DNA of 64,000 nt, taken from positions 45,421 through 109,420 of the forward strand of contig CAVWLW010000067.1 of the NCBI GenBank assembly GCA_963755715.1. Direction: 5' to 3'. The position numbers and the translations under genes were made by a program. The number at the start of each line of letters is the position of its first letter. The stretch's first letter is position 1. Positions 40,698 through 50,792 of the stretch are shown here, in pieces. This DNA is from an uncultured delta proteobacterium. GTDB lineage: Bacteria > Desulfobacterota > Binatia > UBA9968. The notes under the pieces were generated by a model. That model was not told the origin of the DNA. It saw nothing but the letters and a program-made list of their open reading frames with translations, and ran no database searches.

Positions 40698-40871
40698 ATG
40701 AAATTTTCACTTGTGCCATTGCTCATCACAGGACAAACCATTTCTAACGAAATACGCCAGGCTTTGCGCGAGAACCGTTTGCAGGAAGCGGCGGCCATCA
40801 TCATACAGCAATACGGTCTGAGCTGCGTTGAAGTCGGTCAGCTCCTCGATCTCTCGGCATGCGATGACTAA
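40698..40871 (+). CDS. 57-aa hypothetical protein, paralog of 42388-42573 (absent from ORF track)
   Basis: MKFSLVPLLITGQTISNEIRQALRENRLQEAAAIIIQQYGLSCVEVGQLLDLSACDD*. Confidence 0.75.
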   Translation: MKFSLVPLLITGQTISNEIRQALRENRLQEAAAIIIQQYGLSCVEVGQLLDLSACDD

Positions 40872-40961
40872 ATGCGTGGTCATGGGAGCCGAACGGACTT
40901 ATTTATCTCGTCTATATCGCGCAGCGTTTTTGGCTGCGGGCGGCAGGAAGGAAAAGAAATA

Positions 40962-41906
40962 ATGAGCTTATCATCAGTCCAACTTGGCGCGGTCGGAATC
41001 TGGACCTCTCAACTCGACTATCAACCTGCTCGCCAGGCGCAAGAAGCTGCTGCGGAGCTCGAACAGCTCGGCTTCGGCGCGATCTGGTTCCCCGAAGCCG
41101 CGGGCCGCGAAGCGTTAACCAACGCAAGCTTGCTACTGGCGCGCACCAGCCGAATCGTCGTTGCCACCGGCATTGCAAATATCTACGCGCGCGATGCAAT
41201 GGCCATGGCCGCGGCGCAGAAAACACTGGCCGAAGCCTACCCGAGTCGCTTTCTCCTCGGGCTCGGCGTCAGCCATGCGCCGCTAGTCGAACGGTTCAGA
41301 GGGCACCGTTACGAAAAACCCGTAACGACGATGCGCGCATACTTGGATGCGATGGATCGGGCCGCTTATCAGGCCGTTCCTCCTGCCACTGAACCGTTGC
41401 GAGTTCTCGCGGCGCTTGGACCCAAGATGCTGCAACTCGCCGCCGAGCGAGCCGCCGGCGCGCATCCTTACTTCGTGACGCCGGAACACACAGCGCGCGC
41501 CCGTGAGATTTTAGGCGCGAACCGGCTGTTGGCGGTTGAGCAGGCCGTCGTGCTTGAGACCGATTCCATCAAAGCACGAGAGATCGCGCGTGCGTATATG
41601 GCCATGTATCTCGACCTGGCCAATTACGTAACCAACTTGCGCGCTCTCGGTTTTACCGATGAAGATTTCGCAAATGGCGGCAGTAACCGGCTGGTAGACG
41701 CCATTGTCGTCTGGGGTGATATCGGCGCCATCATGGCGCGGGTTCGCGCGCATCACTCCGCGGGCGCCGACCACGTTTGCCTGCAAGTGCTCACGGCGGA
41801 CCGCCGCGCGCTGCCGCAGCAAGAATGGCGCGAGCTGGCGGCGGGGCTGTTGGATAATCGTACCCAGCGGCGGGAAAGAGAGGGCGATGGGCTGAGAGGT
41901 GCTTAA
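40962..41906 (+). CDS. LLM-class, probably F420-dependent, oxidoreductase
   Basis: LGFGAIWFPE, VATGIANIYARD, RFLLGLGVSH, AALGPKML.LA, GAHPY, AGADHVC. Confidence 0.9.
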   Translation: MSLSSVQLGAVGIWTSQLDYQPARQAQEAAAELEQLGFGAIWFPEAAGREALTNASLLLARTSRIVVATGIANIYARDAMAMAAAQKTLAEAYPSRFLLGLGVSHAPLVERFRGHRYEKPVTTMRAYLDAMDRAAYQAVPPATEPLRVLAALGPKMLQLAAERAAGAHPYFVTPEHTARAREILGANRLLAVEQAVVLETDSIKAREIARAYMAMYLDLANYVTNLRALGFTDEDFANGGSNRLVDAIVVWGDIGAIMARVRAHHSAGADHVCLQVLTADRRALPQQEWRELAAGLLDNRTQRREREGDGLRGA

Positions 41907-42153
41907 AATTGCAGGATTTGAGCTGGGAGATTTTTCAATGATCAAGCGAGCGGCTCCGCCGCCATTGCACGTCGATGCCGCGGCCCACGCGGCGCTACTC
42001 GCGGTCGAACGAGGCAAAGCAGGTGTTTTCAATATCGCGGAAGACAGCGGATTTGTCTCAATTGCTAAGGCGCGCCGCGAGCTTGGCTGGGATCCCGGTT
42101 TTCGCAATCCAAACCGAGAGGCGATAGAAAAAATCTTAGAAGGCCAAGATTAA
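41899..42153 (+). pseudogene. C-terminal fragment of NAD-dependent epimerase/dehydratase
   Basis: LHVDAAAHAALLAVE..GVFNIAE...KARRELGWDP with no Rossmann N-terminus. Confidence 0.65.
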
Positions 42154-42330
42154 ATCAATGTGAACGCATCACAATGAAATCGCCGGTGCTGGTCAGTCAT
42201 CATTTCGGCGCCTGCCGACAATTCGACAGACAGCTTCGGCACAATTTTACTTGTCCACCTTAAAATGAAATTCGGTTGCTCAAAGGTGCCGAATTCTCAC
42301 CGATTACACCACTTTGTCCGCAAACCGCGT

Positions 42331-42346
42331 TGGCACGTCCGTTGCT
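42331..42346 (+). promoter_or_regulatory. Sigma-54 -24/-12 promoter
   Basis: TGGCAC-GTCCG-TTGCT, consensus match, about 40 bp before ATG 42388. Confidence 0.8.
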
Positions 42347-42387
42347 GATATAGTCTTCTAAATAACGAAGAAAGGCTGGTTCCCCCT

Positions 42388-42573
42388 ATGAAACTTTCAT
42401 TTGTGCCATTGCTTCTTGGCGCCAAAGCGCTTTCTCCCGAAGCGCAGACCGCATTGCGTGAAAATCGGCGCGAAGATGCAGCGGCCTTATTGATGCAGCA
42501 ATATGATTTGGATTGCCATCAAGCCGGAGAACTGGTCGATGTCTCGGTCTGTGACGAAGCAAACAGCAAGTAA
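42388..42573 (+). CDS. 61-aa hypothetical protein, paralog of 40698-40871
   Basis: MKLSFVPLLLG...ALRENR..AA..LMQQY.L.C...GELVDVSVCD. Confidence 0.75.
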   Translation: MKLSFVPLLLGAKALSPEAQTALRENRREDAAALLMQQYDLDCHQAGELVDVSVCDEANSK

Positions 42574-42629
42574 GGTCTTCAGCTCGGCCGCTTTGCCCTA
42601 AAGCAACGGCCTGATTCGGTGGATTCGAC

Positions 42630-42749
42630 ATGAAAAGCGCTGCCGTTTATCTTTTATTGTTGCTGACGGCGTTACCTGGATGCTCCGTCTTGCGCAACAG
42701 CGCGAGATTTTATCGTGAGCATCCGCGCGAGCGCACGATCCAGTACTAA
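42630..42749 (+). CDS. 39-aa putative lipoprotein (absent from ORF track)
   Basis: MKSAAVYLLLLLTALPGCSVLRNSARFYREHPRERTIQY*; lipobox LPGC. Confidence 0.5.
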   Translation: MKSAAVYLLLLLTALPGCSVLRNSARFYREHPRERTIQY

Positions 42750-42993
42750 GGGACTGAGCGCGCCTGACGTTTACGAACGGACTGGCGCGCCTAAAAAAGA
42801 AGGTTGATGTGCGGCGGCTGTGACATCAGCAGGATCGCGCTCGTAGCGCGATTGTCTCCCGTAGCATCTACGATCGCAAAGATCGCCGATATTTTTTCCG
42901 CTATTTTAAATTAGATTAGCAGCTTTGTATTGAAACAATTGCCGGGCGCGAATCGACTCGCTCGGGAAGTTGTCTTTATTTGAGAATACACTG

Positions 42994-43432
42994 ATGAATT
43001 CGTTTCATAAAACCTCATTGTGGCTTGTCTTGGCTCCGTTTTTCTAATCAACGCCTGCCGAAGCCCGGCGCCCACTGCTGCGCCGCCGCCGAAGGTCACC
43101 GTCAGCACGCCGATCGTTCGCGAGGTCATCGAGTGGGACGAGTACACCGGTCGCATGGAATCGACCGAGAGCGTCGAGGTGCGGGCGCGGGTCAACGGCT
43201 ATTTGCAGTCGATTCATTTTAAGGATGGCCAGATGGTCAAGAAAGGCGATTTGCTTTTCGTCATCATCAATACGGCGTTTCGGATTTTTTGACCGTGCTT
43301 GATGCCGAGCGGACGATGTTGCAAGCTCAAGATCAGCTGGCGCAAAGCGAAACGGCGACGGCTCTCGTCGCAGTTTACAAAGCCCTCGGCGGCAGGTGGC
43401 AATGATGAGTTAGACGAATTCTGCACCAAATG
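42994..43432 (+). pseudogene. Truncated RND efflux membrane-fusion protein
   Basis: PPPKVTV...EWDEYTGR....VEVRARVNGYL.SIHFKDGQMVKKGDLLFVI then frame breaks; no RND pump gene follows. Confidence 0.75.
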
Positions 43433-43445
43433 AAAGAGAGGGACC

Positions 43446-44487
43446 ATGCAATACACTCGACTTGGCCATAGCGGCTTGATCGTTTCACGGTTGGCTTTCG
43501 GAGTCATGACTTTCGGCAGCGATCCTTGCAACCGGCGATCTACAAGGTCAATCGAGAGAATGCCAAAGCCATGATCGACAAGGCGCTCGATGCGGGAATC
43601 AACCTTTTCGATACCGCCGACCTTTATGCGGGCGGTCAATCGGAGGTAATGCTCGGCGAGTTGTTAGGCAAGCGGCGGCTCGACGTGGTGATTGCCAGCA
43701 AGGTTGGTTTTAGGGCCGGCGAAGCGATCACGCACGCTGGGTTATCCCGGCGTCATATCTTGGCATCGTGTGAAGCGAGTCTAAACCGTCTCAACACGGA
43801 CTATCTCGATCTTTACATCCTGCACAAGGAAGATCCGTACGCGCCGCTCGATGAGACTTTGGAAACTTTGAACGATCTGGTGCGAGCGGGCAAGGTGCGC
43901 TACGTAGGTTATTCCAATTGGTCGGCGTGGCGCGCCGCGACGGCGCTGCAAATGCAAAAAGAACGCGGCTGGGCGCAATTTACCAGCGGGCAAATGTATT
44001 ACTCTCTGGTCGGGCGGGACGTGGAGCATGAAATTGGCCCGTTCATGCGCGCCACTGGCCTCGGTCTCACTGTTTGGAGCCCGCTTGCCGGCGGGTTCCT
44101 CAGCGGCAAATACACGCGCGAAAATCTCGGCCAAAGCGACAATCGGCTCTCGGGATTCGATTTTTTCCATTCGACAAAGAGCTGGGCTTTCAAGTTGTCG
44201 AGAAAATTCGCGCGATCGCCAACGAATGCAACGCCAGCGTGGCGCAAATCGCTCTGGCGTGGCTGCTTGCGAAGGCCGTCGTCGCCAGTATCATTCTCGG
44301 CGCAAGCAAGCTCAGTCAACTGGAAGACAATCTGGGCGCCATCGACGTGAAGTTGAGCGATAGCCAGATTGCGGCTTTGGATCAGATCACCGCGCCGCCG
44401 AGCCTTTATCCGAATTGGTTCAACACCAATATGGTTGACGACAAGCATAAGGAAATATTTGGCACGAATCGAGCCGAGCCGTTCTGA
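43446..44487 (+). CDS. Aldo/keto reductase (two frameshifts)
   Basis: MQYTRLGHSGLIVSRLAFGVMTFG / GINLFDTADLY..GQSE, DYLDLYILH, GKVRYVGYSN, WSPLAGGFL / AQIALAWLL. Confidence 0.9.
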
Positions 44488-44690
44488 TCTTCACGCAAGC
44501 TGCGAAGGTTTTTCCATCATCGGCATCGAAGGGATCTTCAACCGTTGCTGTCAAGGCGTATGTAGGAAGTGGAACGGCATGTATGAATCTTCCTGCGTTG
44601 TGCCATTGAAATTATTCGGTCGATCCTATTTTTATTGGCTTGCGACGATTCTAGTCGCTCACGTCCGGACTCCCTTCGCTAATTGAGCTT

Positions 44691-44706
44691 TGGCACCGAC
44701 ATTGCG
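44691..44706 (+). promoter_or_regulatory. Sigma-54 -24/-12 promoter
   Basis: TGGCAC-CGACA-TTGCG upstream of methyltransferase. Confidence 0.7.
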
Positions 44707-44804
44707 TTTAACGAAAGAAGAATCAAGAAAACGCGCTGAAGCGCTATTCAAATAGCTCGCGCAGCGAACGAAGCGCGGCCAATCGATTTAACAGGGTAAA
44801 ATGC

Positions 44805-45494
44805 ATGGATACCGTTGACACGGGCGAAACCAATCAGAAGCGTGCAAAGGGCTACAAAGGGATCGGGATGGAGGGGCCGGTCGCCCGTTGGTATGCTAAA
44901 AATACTGCCAAGACGCTCGGTGAGTTCCAACAATGCGCCCATGAAATAGCGAGACATTTACCAGAGGGAAGTCGAGTCCTGGAAGTCGCTCCGGGGCCGG
45001 GCTACCTGGCGATCGAGCTCGCAAAGCTTGGCCGATATCAAATTTCCGGTTTGGATATCAGCAGGACGTTTGTCGAAATTGCGCGGGAAAAAGCTCGAGC
45101 CACGGCTGTCGATGTCGACTTTCAGCAAGGTGATGTGGCGCATATGCCGTACGAAAATGACACATTCGATTTCATCGTCTGTCGCGCGGCGTTTAAGAAT
45201 TTTTCCAATCCCGCTGGAGGCCTGAATGAAATGTATCGGGTGCTAAAAAGCGGCGGAACAGCGTTGATCATAGATTTGCGTCGCGACGCGCCGAAGAAAA
45301 CCATCGATCAATATATTGATACGATCGGCCTCAATTGGTGGGACACCTTCATCACGAAATGGACCGTTGAGCTCATGCTTAAGAGGCGTGCCTACCTTAC
45401 GAACGAAATCACCGATTTAGTTTCGCAGACGCCTTTCGAACACTTAGCCATCGAAGAAACAGCTATGGGAATGGAGATACGGCTGCGAAAATGA
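44805..45494 (+). CDS. Class I SAM-dependent methyltransferase
   Basis: VLEVAPGPG, GLDIS, GDVAHMPY..DTFD, EMYRVLKSGG. Confidence 0.92.
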   Translation: MDTVDTGETNQKRAKGYKGIGMEGPVARWYAKNTAKTLGEFQQCAHEIARHLPEGSRVLEVAPGPGYLAIELAKLGRYQISGLDISRTFVEIAREKARATAVDVDFQQGDVAHMPYENDTFDFIVCRAAFKNFSNPAGGLNEMYRVLKSGGTALIIDLRRDAPKKTIDQYIDTIGLNWWDTFITKWTVELMLKRRAYLTNEITDLVSQTPFEHLAIEETAMGMEIRLRK

Positions 45495-45604
45495 CAACGA
45501 CTGCGAGATGCCTACACCGCCGCGCCTGACCCACTTTTGCGAATCGATTTCATTCTTCTCTAGATCTAGTCGTCGTAGGCACCGTTGCGCTGAGCTCGGT
45601 ACTC

Positions 45605-45790
45605 GTGCTCGGTGTCACCACAGCGCCGATGGTACGATTGCCGATGGTGCTCATCCCGGCATATTTCGTTCCGCTATTTGTTCTGCTCCATCTTGCTACG
45701 TTGTTTCAGGTTCGTCGGTCGGCGGTAACGAATATTCCGGAGCGAGAGTCCAATCGAGTGCGCGACATGACGGTTAGTCACTGTGCATGA
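45605..45790 (+). pseudogene. Probable C-terminal remnant of a membrane protein
   Basis: PMVRLPMVLIPAYFVPLFVLLH hydrophobic segment without a convincing start. Confidence 0.4.
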
Positions 45791-45828
45791 AACTACCCGA
45801 GAAAGAGAAATCGAAAGGAGAAATATTA

Positions 45829-46290
45829 ATGGCCCCGCGAATCGATTACACAAAGGTTGGATCCGGCGCGCTCCGCGCGATGTACGGACTGGAGAAATAT
45901 TTAGCCGAAAGCAGCATCGAGAAGCCGCTGCGCGAATTGATCAAGCTGCGCGCGTCGCAGATCAACGGCTGCGCCTATTGCATCGATATGCATTGGAAAG
46001 ACGCGCGCGCCGCCGGCGAGAGCGAGCAGCGTCTCTACGGTCTGGCCGCGTGGCGCGAAGCGCCTTATTACAGCGAACGCGAGCGCGCGGCGCTGGCATG
46101 GACCGAAGAGTTGACCTTGATCGCCGAGCATCATGTCTCGGACGAGCTGTACGAACAGACGCGCCGGCAGTTCAGCGAACAGGAACTCGTCGATCTCACG
46201 CTGGCGGTGGGGACCATCAACGCTTGGAATCGCATTGCCATCAGTTTTCGTTCCGAAGCCGGCTCGTACCAGCCGCCGGCGCACGGGTGA
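45829..46290 (+). CDS. Carboxymuconolactone decarboxylase / AhpD family protein
   Basis: AAGGAG RBS; ELIKLRASQINGCAYCIDMH; INAWNR. Confidence 0.93.
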   Translation: MAPRIDYTKVGSGALRAMYGLEKYLAESSIEKPLRELIKLRASQINGCAYCIDMHWKDARAAGESEQRLYGLAAWREAPYYSERERAALAWTEELTLIAEHHVSDELYEQTRRQFSEQELVDLTLAVGTINAWNRIAISFRSEAGSYQPPAHG

Positions 46291-46543
46291 GGTGGCGTGA
46301 TTGCGTTCTAAGGGGCGGCAGAACTAACGCGCAATCTGTGAGGTTTCGAGGCAGAGATCCATTTATGCCGATCGAGGGAATTACAGATCTGTCCAGTCTT
46401 CGGAGTGGTGCTGCCTAGTGGAGCACAAGACGGCACAAGTGAACGGCGCAAAATCATTTTAACGCACATCGGCGAGTCGTGTGCAAAAGGATACAGCGGT
46501 TGTCCGGCATAGTGTCGGCCGATCTCGATAGGAGGGGGATCTT

Positions 46544-46949
46544 ATGCCTCTTGTACGCATCGATCTGGTTGAAGGACGGTCGGGCTCCGCAGGTCGCCGC
46601 CATCAGCAACGCGATCCAGCGCGCGCTCGTGGATTGTCTCGACGTGCCGGAGCGTGATCAGTTTCAGGTGATTAACGAACATTCGCCGGGGCGCCTGATT
46701 TACAATTCAGGTTATCTCGGTGTCGAGCGCACCGAGGGGATCGTGATCGTGCAGATTTTTCTGAGTTCCGGGCGATCGACGGCGCAGAAGCAGGCGTTTT
46801 ATGCTCGCGCAGCCGAGCTTCTCGCCGCGGAAGCGGCGACACGGCCGGAAGATGTCACGATCGTGTTGACTGAGAATACGCGCGCGGATTGGTCCTTTGG
46901 GCAGGGTTTGGCGCAATATCTCGCGCTGCCCCAGGAACAATGGAAATGA
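46544..46949 (+). CDS. Tautomerase family protein (Pro-1), one frameshift
   Basis: GGAGG RBS; MPLVRIDL / DVPERDQFQVI...GRSTAQKQAFY...DWSFGQG. Confidence 0.85.
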
Positions 46950-47203
46950 TTTGATTACGCGATCCATGAGTGCGGGGACGTCTTCTATCTCACGACCGAT
47001 GGAAGTGAATTGACACTCGCAATTCGCATGGCACGCGTGTTTAAAAGAGTTAACGGTCGTAGCCCGCAGATGCATCACCACGGATCGTTCGACGTGCCGA
47101 ACTCCTGCAGAGTTAGTTGCCAGGGTGCTGTGCTCGGCACAAGCAGCTGACGACGCCGTCAGCATGACGCTGGGAATGACGGAGCCCCGCAAAGGAAACA
47201 GTC

Positions 47204-47602
47204 ATGAACTTGACCAACGCCCATCTTAGAGTGGCGCGCCCCACGGATAAGCTCGTTGAAGTCGTTAAATTCTACAAGGACGGGCTCGGTTTTGAAGTGC
47301 TCTACCAATTCACCGACCATGACGGATTTGATGGTGTTATGTTAGGGCACAAGGACGCGCCGTACCATCTGGAGTTCACTCATGAGACGAATCATTTCTC
47401 AGGCAAAGCTCCGACACAAGAAAATCTGTTGGTGTTCTATCTCCCCGATCGAGAGGTTTGGCAGCGTGCCGTAACTCGACTGGAGGAACACGGCTATAAA
47501 CCGATCAAGTCATTCAACCCTTATTGGGATCAAAGTGGCAAAACATTCGAGGACCCGGACGGTTATCGAGTCGTGCTGCAGAATGCGAGCTGGCCGCCGT
47601 GA
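47204..47602 (+). CDS. VOC/glyoxalase family protein (YycE-like)
   Basis: LRVARPT...FY.DGLG...HDGFDGVMLG...YHLEFT...FEDPDGYRVV. Confidence 0.9.
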   Translation: MNLTNAHLRVARPTDKLVEVVKFYKDGLGFEVLYQFTDHDGFDGVMLGHKDAPYHLEFTHETNHFSGKAPTQENLLVFYLPDREVWQRAVTRLEEHGYKPIKSFNPYWDQSGKTFEDPDGYRVVLQNASWPP

Positions 47603-47669
47603 GACTTACAACGTGTGGTCCGGCCAGAAAGAACTTTTAAAAAAAGTGATGATTGAGAGGGATATTTGT

Positions 47670-48078
47670 ATGGCGCGAGATGAGAATACTGTTTTGCACG
47701 TGTTCAACGAATATGTTCAGGCATTTCAGACCCTGCGAGCGCCAGCCGTCACTTCATATTTTCACTTCCCGTGCATGTTGATTGCGCCCCAGGGCGTGGC
47801 CGTGATGGCCAATGCCACTGAAGTCGAGTCTTTGCTCGACAAGATGATGGAAGGACTCAAAGCGCGCGGTTATGCGCGAAGCGAATTGACGGACGTCGAA
47901 GCGATTCCTTTGAGCGAAAATATCGTGTTGGTGAGCGTCAGGCGAGCGACGTTACAAAACGGACGGCAGCCAACTGGAGCGGTTGGGCGAGACCTACGCG
48001 TTCCGCAAGATCGACAACGGCTGGAAGATTGTCACCGCGATAGTGCATGACCCGGACGTCGTTTTGCGATTGAAGTGA
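47670..48078 (+). CDS. NTF2/SnoaL-like protein, one frameshift
   Basis: MARDE...YFHFPC...GYARSEL / RYKTDG..LE..GETY.FRK...GWKIV. Confidence 0.7.
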
Positions 48079-48149
48079 GTATCCTAAGAGTAGCGGGCCG
48101 ATCGTATGCCTGAGGCGTTGCAATAATAGCGATCGAGGGAAAGCTTATC

Positions 48150-48600
48150 ATGCCAGAAACTAACCGCTGGGGTTCATACCCTGAAGGCGCATTGGCCGTG
48201 CAAAGACTCGCCGGTGTAGGCCGCAAAGGTCTGAAAGTCGCCCAGATGTATCAGCCGGGATGCCGGCGGGGGGTCCGGAGGTTTTTGCCGCTTCAACAAC
48301 TCGCGGTGTTGGCGACCATCGACGGCGAAGGACGCTTGTGGGCGTCTCTCAGCTCCGCCGCCGGGTTTTCTGCGGTGATAGACGACGGACTTTGCAAATC
48401 GACGGCTACGGTCATCCGGACGATCCTCTGCTGGCTAATCGAGTGCAGCACGAGGCGATGAGAGCCTCGTTATCGACCTTGTCGGGCTAATCGACTGCGA
48501 CTGGACGGCACCGCGGCGCCCGCGCTGACTTCCCACTATATCTGCGCGTGTAGTTCCGCGTCGTCGGTCGCCAACCGACTCTAGACGTGAGAAAGCAAAA
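48150..48600 (+). pseudogene. Degraded pyridoxamine 5'-phosphate oxidase-related protein
   Basis: EG.LAVQRLAGV...FL..QQLAVLATIDGEGRLWAS then frame decay; end approximate. Confidence 0.55.
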
Positions 48601-48853
48601 ATTCTGAGCCTGTGTGTCCGCTGACGACGGTTTTCCTCGTAGTCTCTAACATCCGCTGGCGCGGGAGCCCGGTGCGGACGTGCTTTCCTGGCGAGAAAAA
48701 GCGATCTCATCGAACTCGCCAATGATGTCATTATCTCGGCGCGTGCCGACCTATCGGCGCGCGCCATCGTCGCCAGCATCGGCGGCGCGCGATTTGCCTA
48801 CAAAATTCCCAATATTATCGCTTATTTCTCGCGTCGCGCTTTTGCCAACGGTT

Positions 48854-48869
48854 TGGCACATGGCTTGCC
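48854..48869 (+). promoter_or_regulatory. Sigma-54 promoter-like motif
   Basis: TGGCAC-ATGGC-TTGCC upstream of the 49115-50792 operon. Confidence 0.6.
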
Positions 48870-49114
48870 ATAGCTACGGGTTAAGAAGGGCGTAGTGATT
48901 GTCATGAAAATCGAAATTCCAATTTTGGCAGCATTGCTTGTACTGGCAACTGAATTGATGGCTCGCGCGGCGCTTCAAGGTTTCGAACAGGCGCTGGTCT
49001 GGACCCTCGTTGATTGGTCGGCGCGGCGGGTGAGGGTGGCGCGGCGAAAATTTTGGCGCGGCCGCTAGTCGTTATCGCAAAGCGTGCGTACAAAAATTAA
49101 GGAGGTCGCCGCTC

Positions 49115-49276
49115 ATGTTTGAAAATTTGCCGTGGTTTTCTCCTACAGCCGCACCGGCGCCGTTGCCGTTGGGGTTGAAGCACTTGGATTCGGATTTGTG
49201 CTGGTGCGATCCGGTCGTCGAGATTGACGACGATGGCGCGGCAGTCGTCCTGCACAAGCAAGTCACCTGGAACTGA
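49115..49276 (+). CDS. 53-aa protein with H-x5-CWC-x-P...H motif (absent from ORF track)
   Basis: TAAGGAGG RBS; MFENLPWFSPTAAPAPLPLGLKHLDSDLCWCDPVVEIDDDGAAVVLHKQVTWN*. Confidence 0.7.
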   Translation: MFENLPWFSPTAAPAPLPLGLKHLDSDLCWCDPVVEIDDDGAAVVLHKQVTWN

Positions 49277-49304
49277 AAGTTGGAAAGATACTGGGAGTTC
49301 GACG

Positions 49305-49718
49305 ATGACACTCAAAAGCAAATTCTATTTCGGTGCTCTGGTTGTCTTAGGCTCTGCCGGTTTGCTGGTTCTTCTCGTGAAGATCGCCAGTGCGACCGTT
49401 CAAATCAGTGCTGGCGCCGAAGAGTCCAAGCGCGCGATCCAGGCTTTGGCACTGCCCGGACCTTCAATGAACCTGATTTCATTCTCCGCGGTGGTGGTCG
49501 ATGGCGAGACCGTCGGCTCGCTCGCTGTCTATGATGACCCGCGCACGGCGCGACCGGAAGATTATGTCGAATTGTACGATAAGGACGGCCTACTGGTAGC
49601 CGTTGGCTGGATCGATCGCTTCGGCATTGAACGGATCGCGGTGGATCGCGCGCTCTTGGAAAACCGCGACGATCTCCACGGCACTTTTGTGACCGTGGTG
49701 GATGGAGAGTCGATCTAA
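49305..49718 (+). CDS. Hypothetical membrane-anchored protein
   Basis: GGAG RBS; N-terminal TM; YDDP.T.RPEDYVELYD..G. Confidence 0.7.
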   Translation: MTLKSKFYFGALVVLGSAGLLVLLVKIASATVQISAGAEESKRAIQALALPGPSMNLISFSAVVVDGETVGSLAVYDDPRTARPEDYVELYDKDGLLVAVGWIDRFGIERIAVDRALLENRDDLHGTFVTVVDGESI

Positions 49719-49736
49719 GGGTTTCATCTTTTACCG

Positions 49737-50018
49737 ATGTTAAAAATTACCGCTGATAGAGACGCAGGGCGAGCGATATTCAAATTGGAAGGACGACTGA
49801 CCGGACCCTGGGTCGAGGAATTGAAAATCTGCTGGCAGAAAAGCGTCGCTGCCGGGCAGCCGATCAAAGGGGTGGCGTTGGATCAAATCACGTTTATCGA
49901 TGAAGCCGGGAAAAAACTTCTGGCTGACATGCATCGCCAAGGCGTGGAGTTGACAGCCTGCTCGGGCTGCATGACCCGAGCGATTACCGAAGGTATTATG
50001 CGAGGAGAATCAAAATGA
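49737..50018 (+). CDS. STAS-like domain protein
   Basis: MLKIT...LEGRL.GPWV.EL...LDQITFIDEAG..LL. Confidence 0.8.
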   Translation: MLKITADRDAGRAIFKLEGRLTGPWVEELKICWQKSVAAGQPIKGVALDQITFIDEAGKKLLADMHRQGVELTACSGCMTRAITEGIMRGESK

Positions 50019-50356
50019 GCGAGTCTATTCGGGAAGTGAACGATAACGATTTCGAACAGGTGGTGCTGGGATCGGACAAGCCGGTGTTGGTCGATTTCTG
50101 GGCGGCATGGTGCGCGCCTTGCCGCGCTTTGGCGCCGACGGTCGAAGCGATTGCGGTAAAGCGCAGCGAACGCGCGCACGTGGTCAAGCTCGACGTCGAC
50201 CGAAATCCGCTGGCCACCGCGCGTTACGGCGTTCAAGCCATACCGACCTTGATTTTGTTCAGCAACGGGCAAGAAGTCGAACGGCTGCTCGGCGCGGTGA
50301 GCGAAGCCGAGATTGAGCGCAGGATCGATCAGCACATAGAGACAAATCTGAATTAG
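50015..50356 (+). CDS. trxA: Thioredoxin
   Basis: VLVDFWAAWCAPC...IPTL. Confidence 0.9.
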   Translation: MSESIREVNDNDFEQVVLGSDKPVLVDFWAAWCAPCRALAPTVEAIAVKRSERAHVVKLDVDRNPLATARYGVQAIPTLILFSNGQEVERLLGAVSEAEIERRIDQHIETNLN

Positions 50357-50375
50357 GCGGTGGAGGAATACGAGA

Positions 50376-50792
50376 ATGGAACAAGTCGAAGGCAGCGCAA
50401 TGAGCGAACGCGGCGGTCTCACTTCAGAGGAAAAGATCGCTTCTCTGTTTCAACCGGATACGCTTTTGTCGGATCAATACTTCGAAAACTTGCGGCGCAA
50501 GACCTTCTTCGAACCGGAGAAAAGGCTGATGCTGGCGGTCTTGGAAGATGCCATTCGCTACTATCAGGACAATTGGTTTTCGCGCAACAGCAAAAGGAAA
50601 AGGATCTTCGACGAGACCGAGGAATGGATCCTTACCCCGGACAGCGATTGGGTCTTTAGCTTTGACCATGTTTGCGAGACGTTGGGGCTCAGTCCCGCAT
50701 ACCTGCGCCGGGGCTTGCTCCGGTGGAAGCAAAGAAAACAAAATCAGCATCATCAGATCGCCGTCGCGCAGCAAACCAAGCTCGCGGGCTAA
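50376..50792 (+). CDS. Hypothetical protein (PEKRLMLAVLEDA motif)
   Basis: GGAGG RBS; FSF..VCE.LGL.P.YLR helical motif. Confidence 0.75.
   Translation: MEQVEGSAMSERGGLTSEEKIASLFQPDTLLSDQYFENLRRKTFFEPEKRLMLAVLEDAIRYYQDNWFSRNSKRKRIFDETEEWILTPDSDWVFSFDHVCETLGLSPAYLRRGLLRWKQRKQNQHHQIAVAQQTKLAG

Noticed and set aside
47029-47044. Additional sigma-54 motif TGGCAC-GCGTG-TTTAA
   Set aside because: The -12 element lacks the conserved GC
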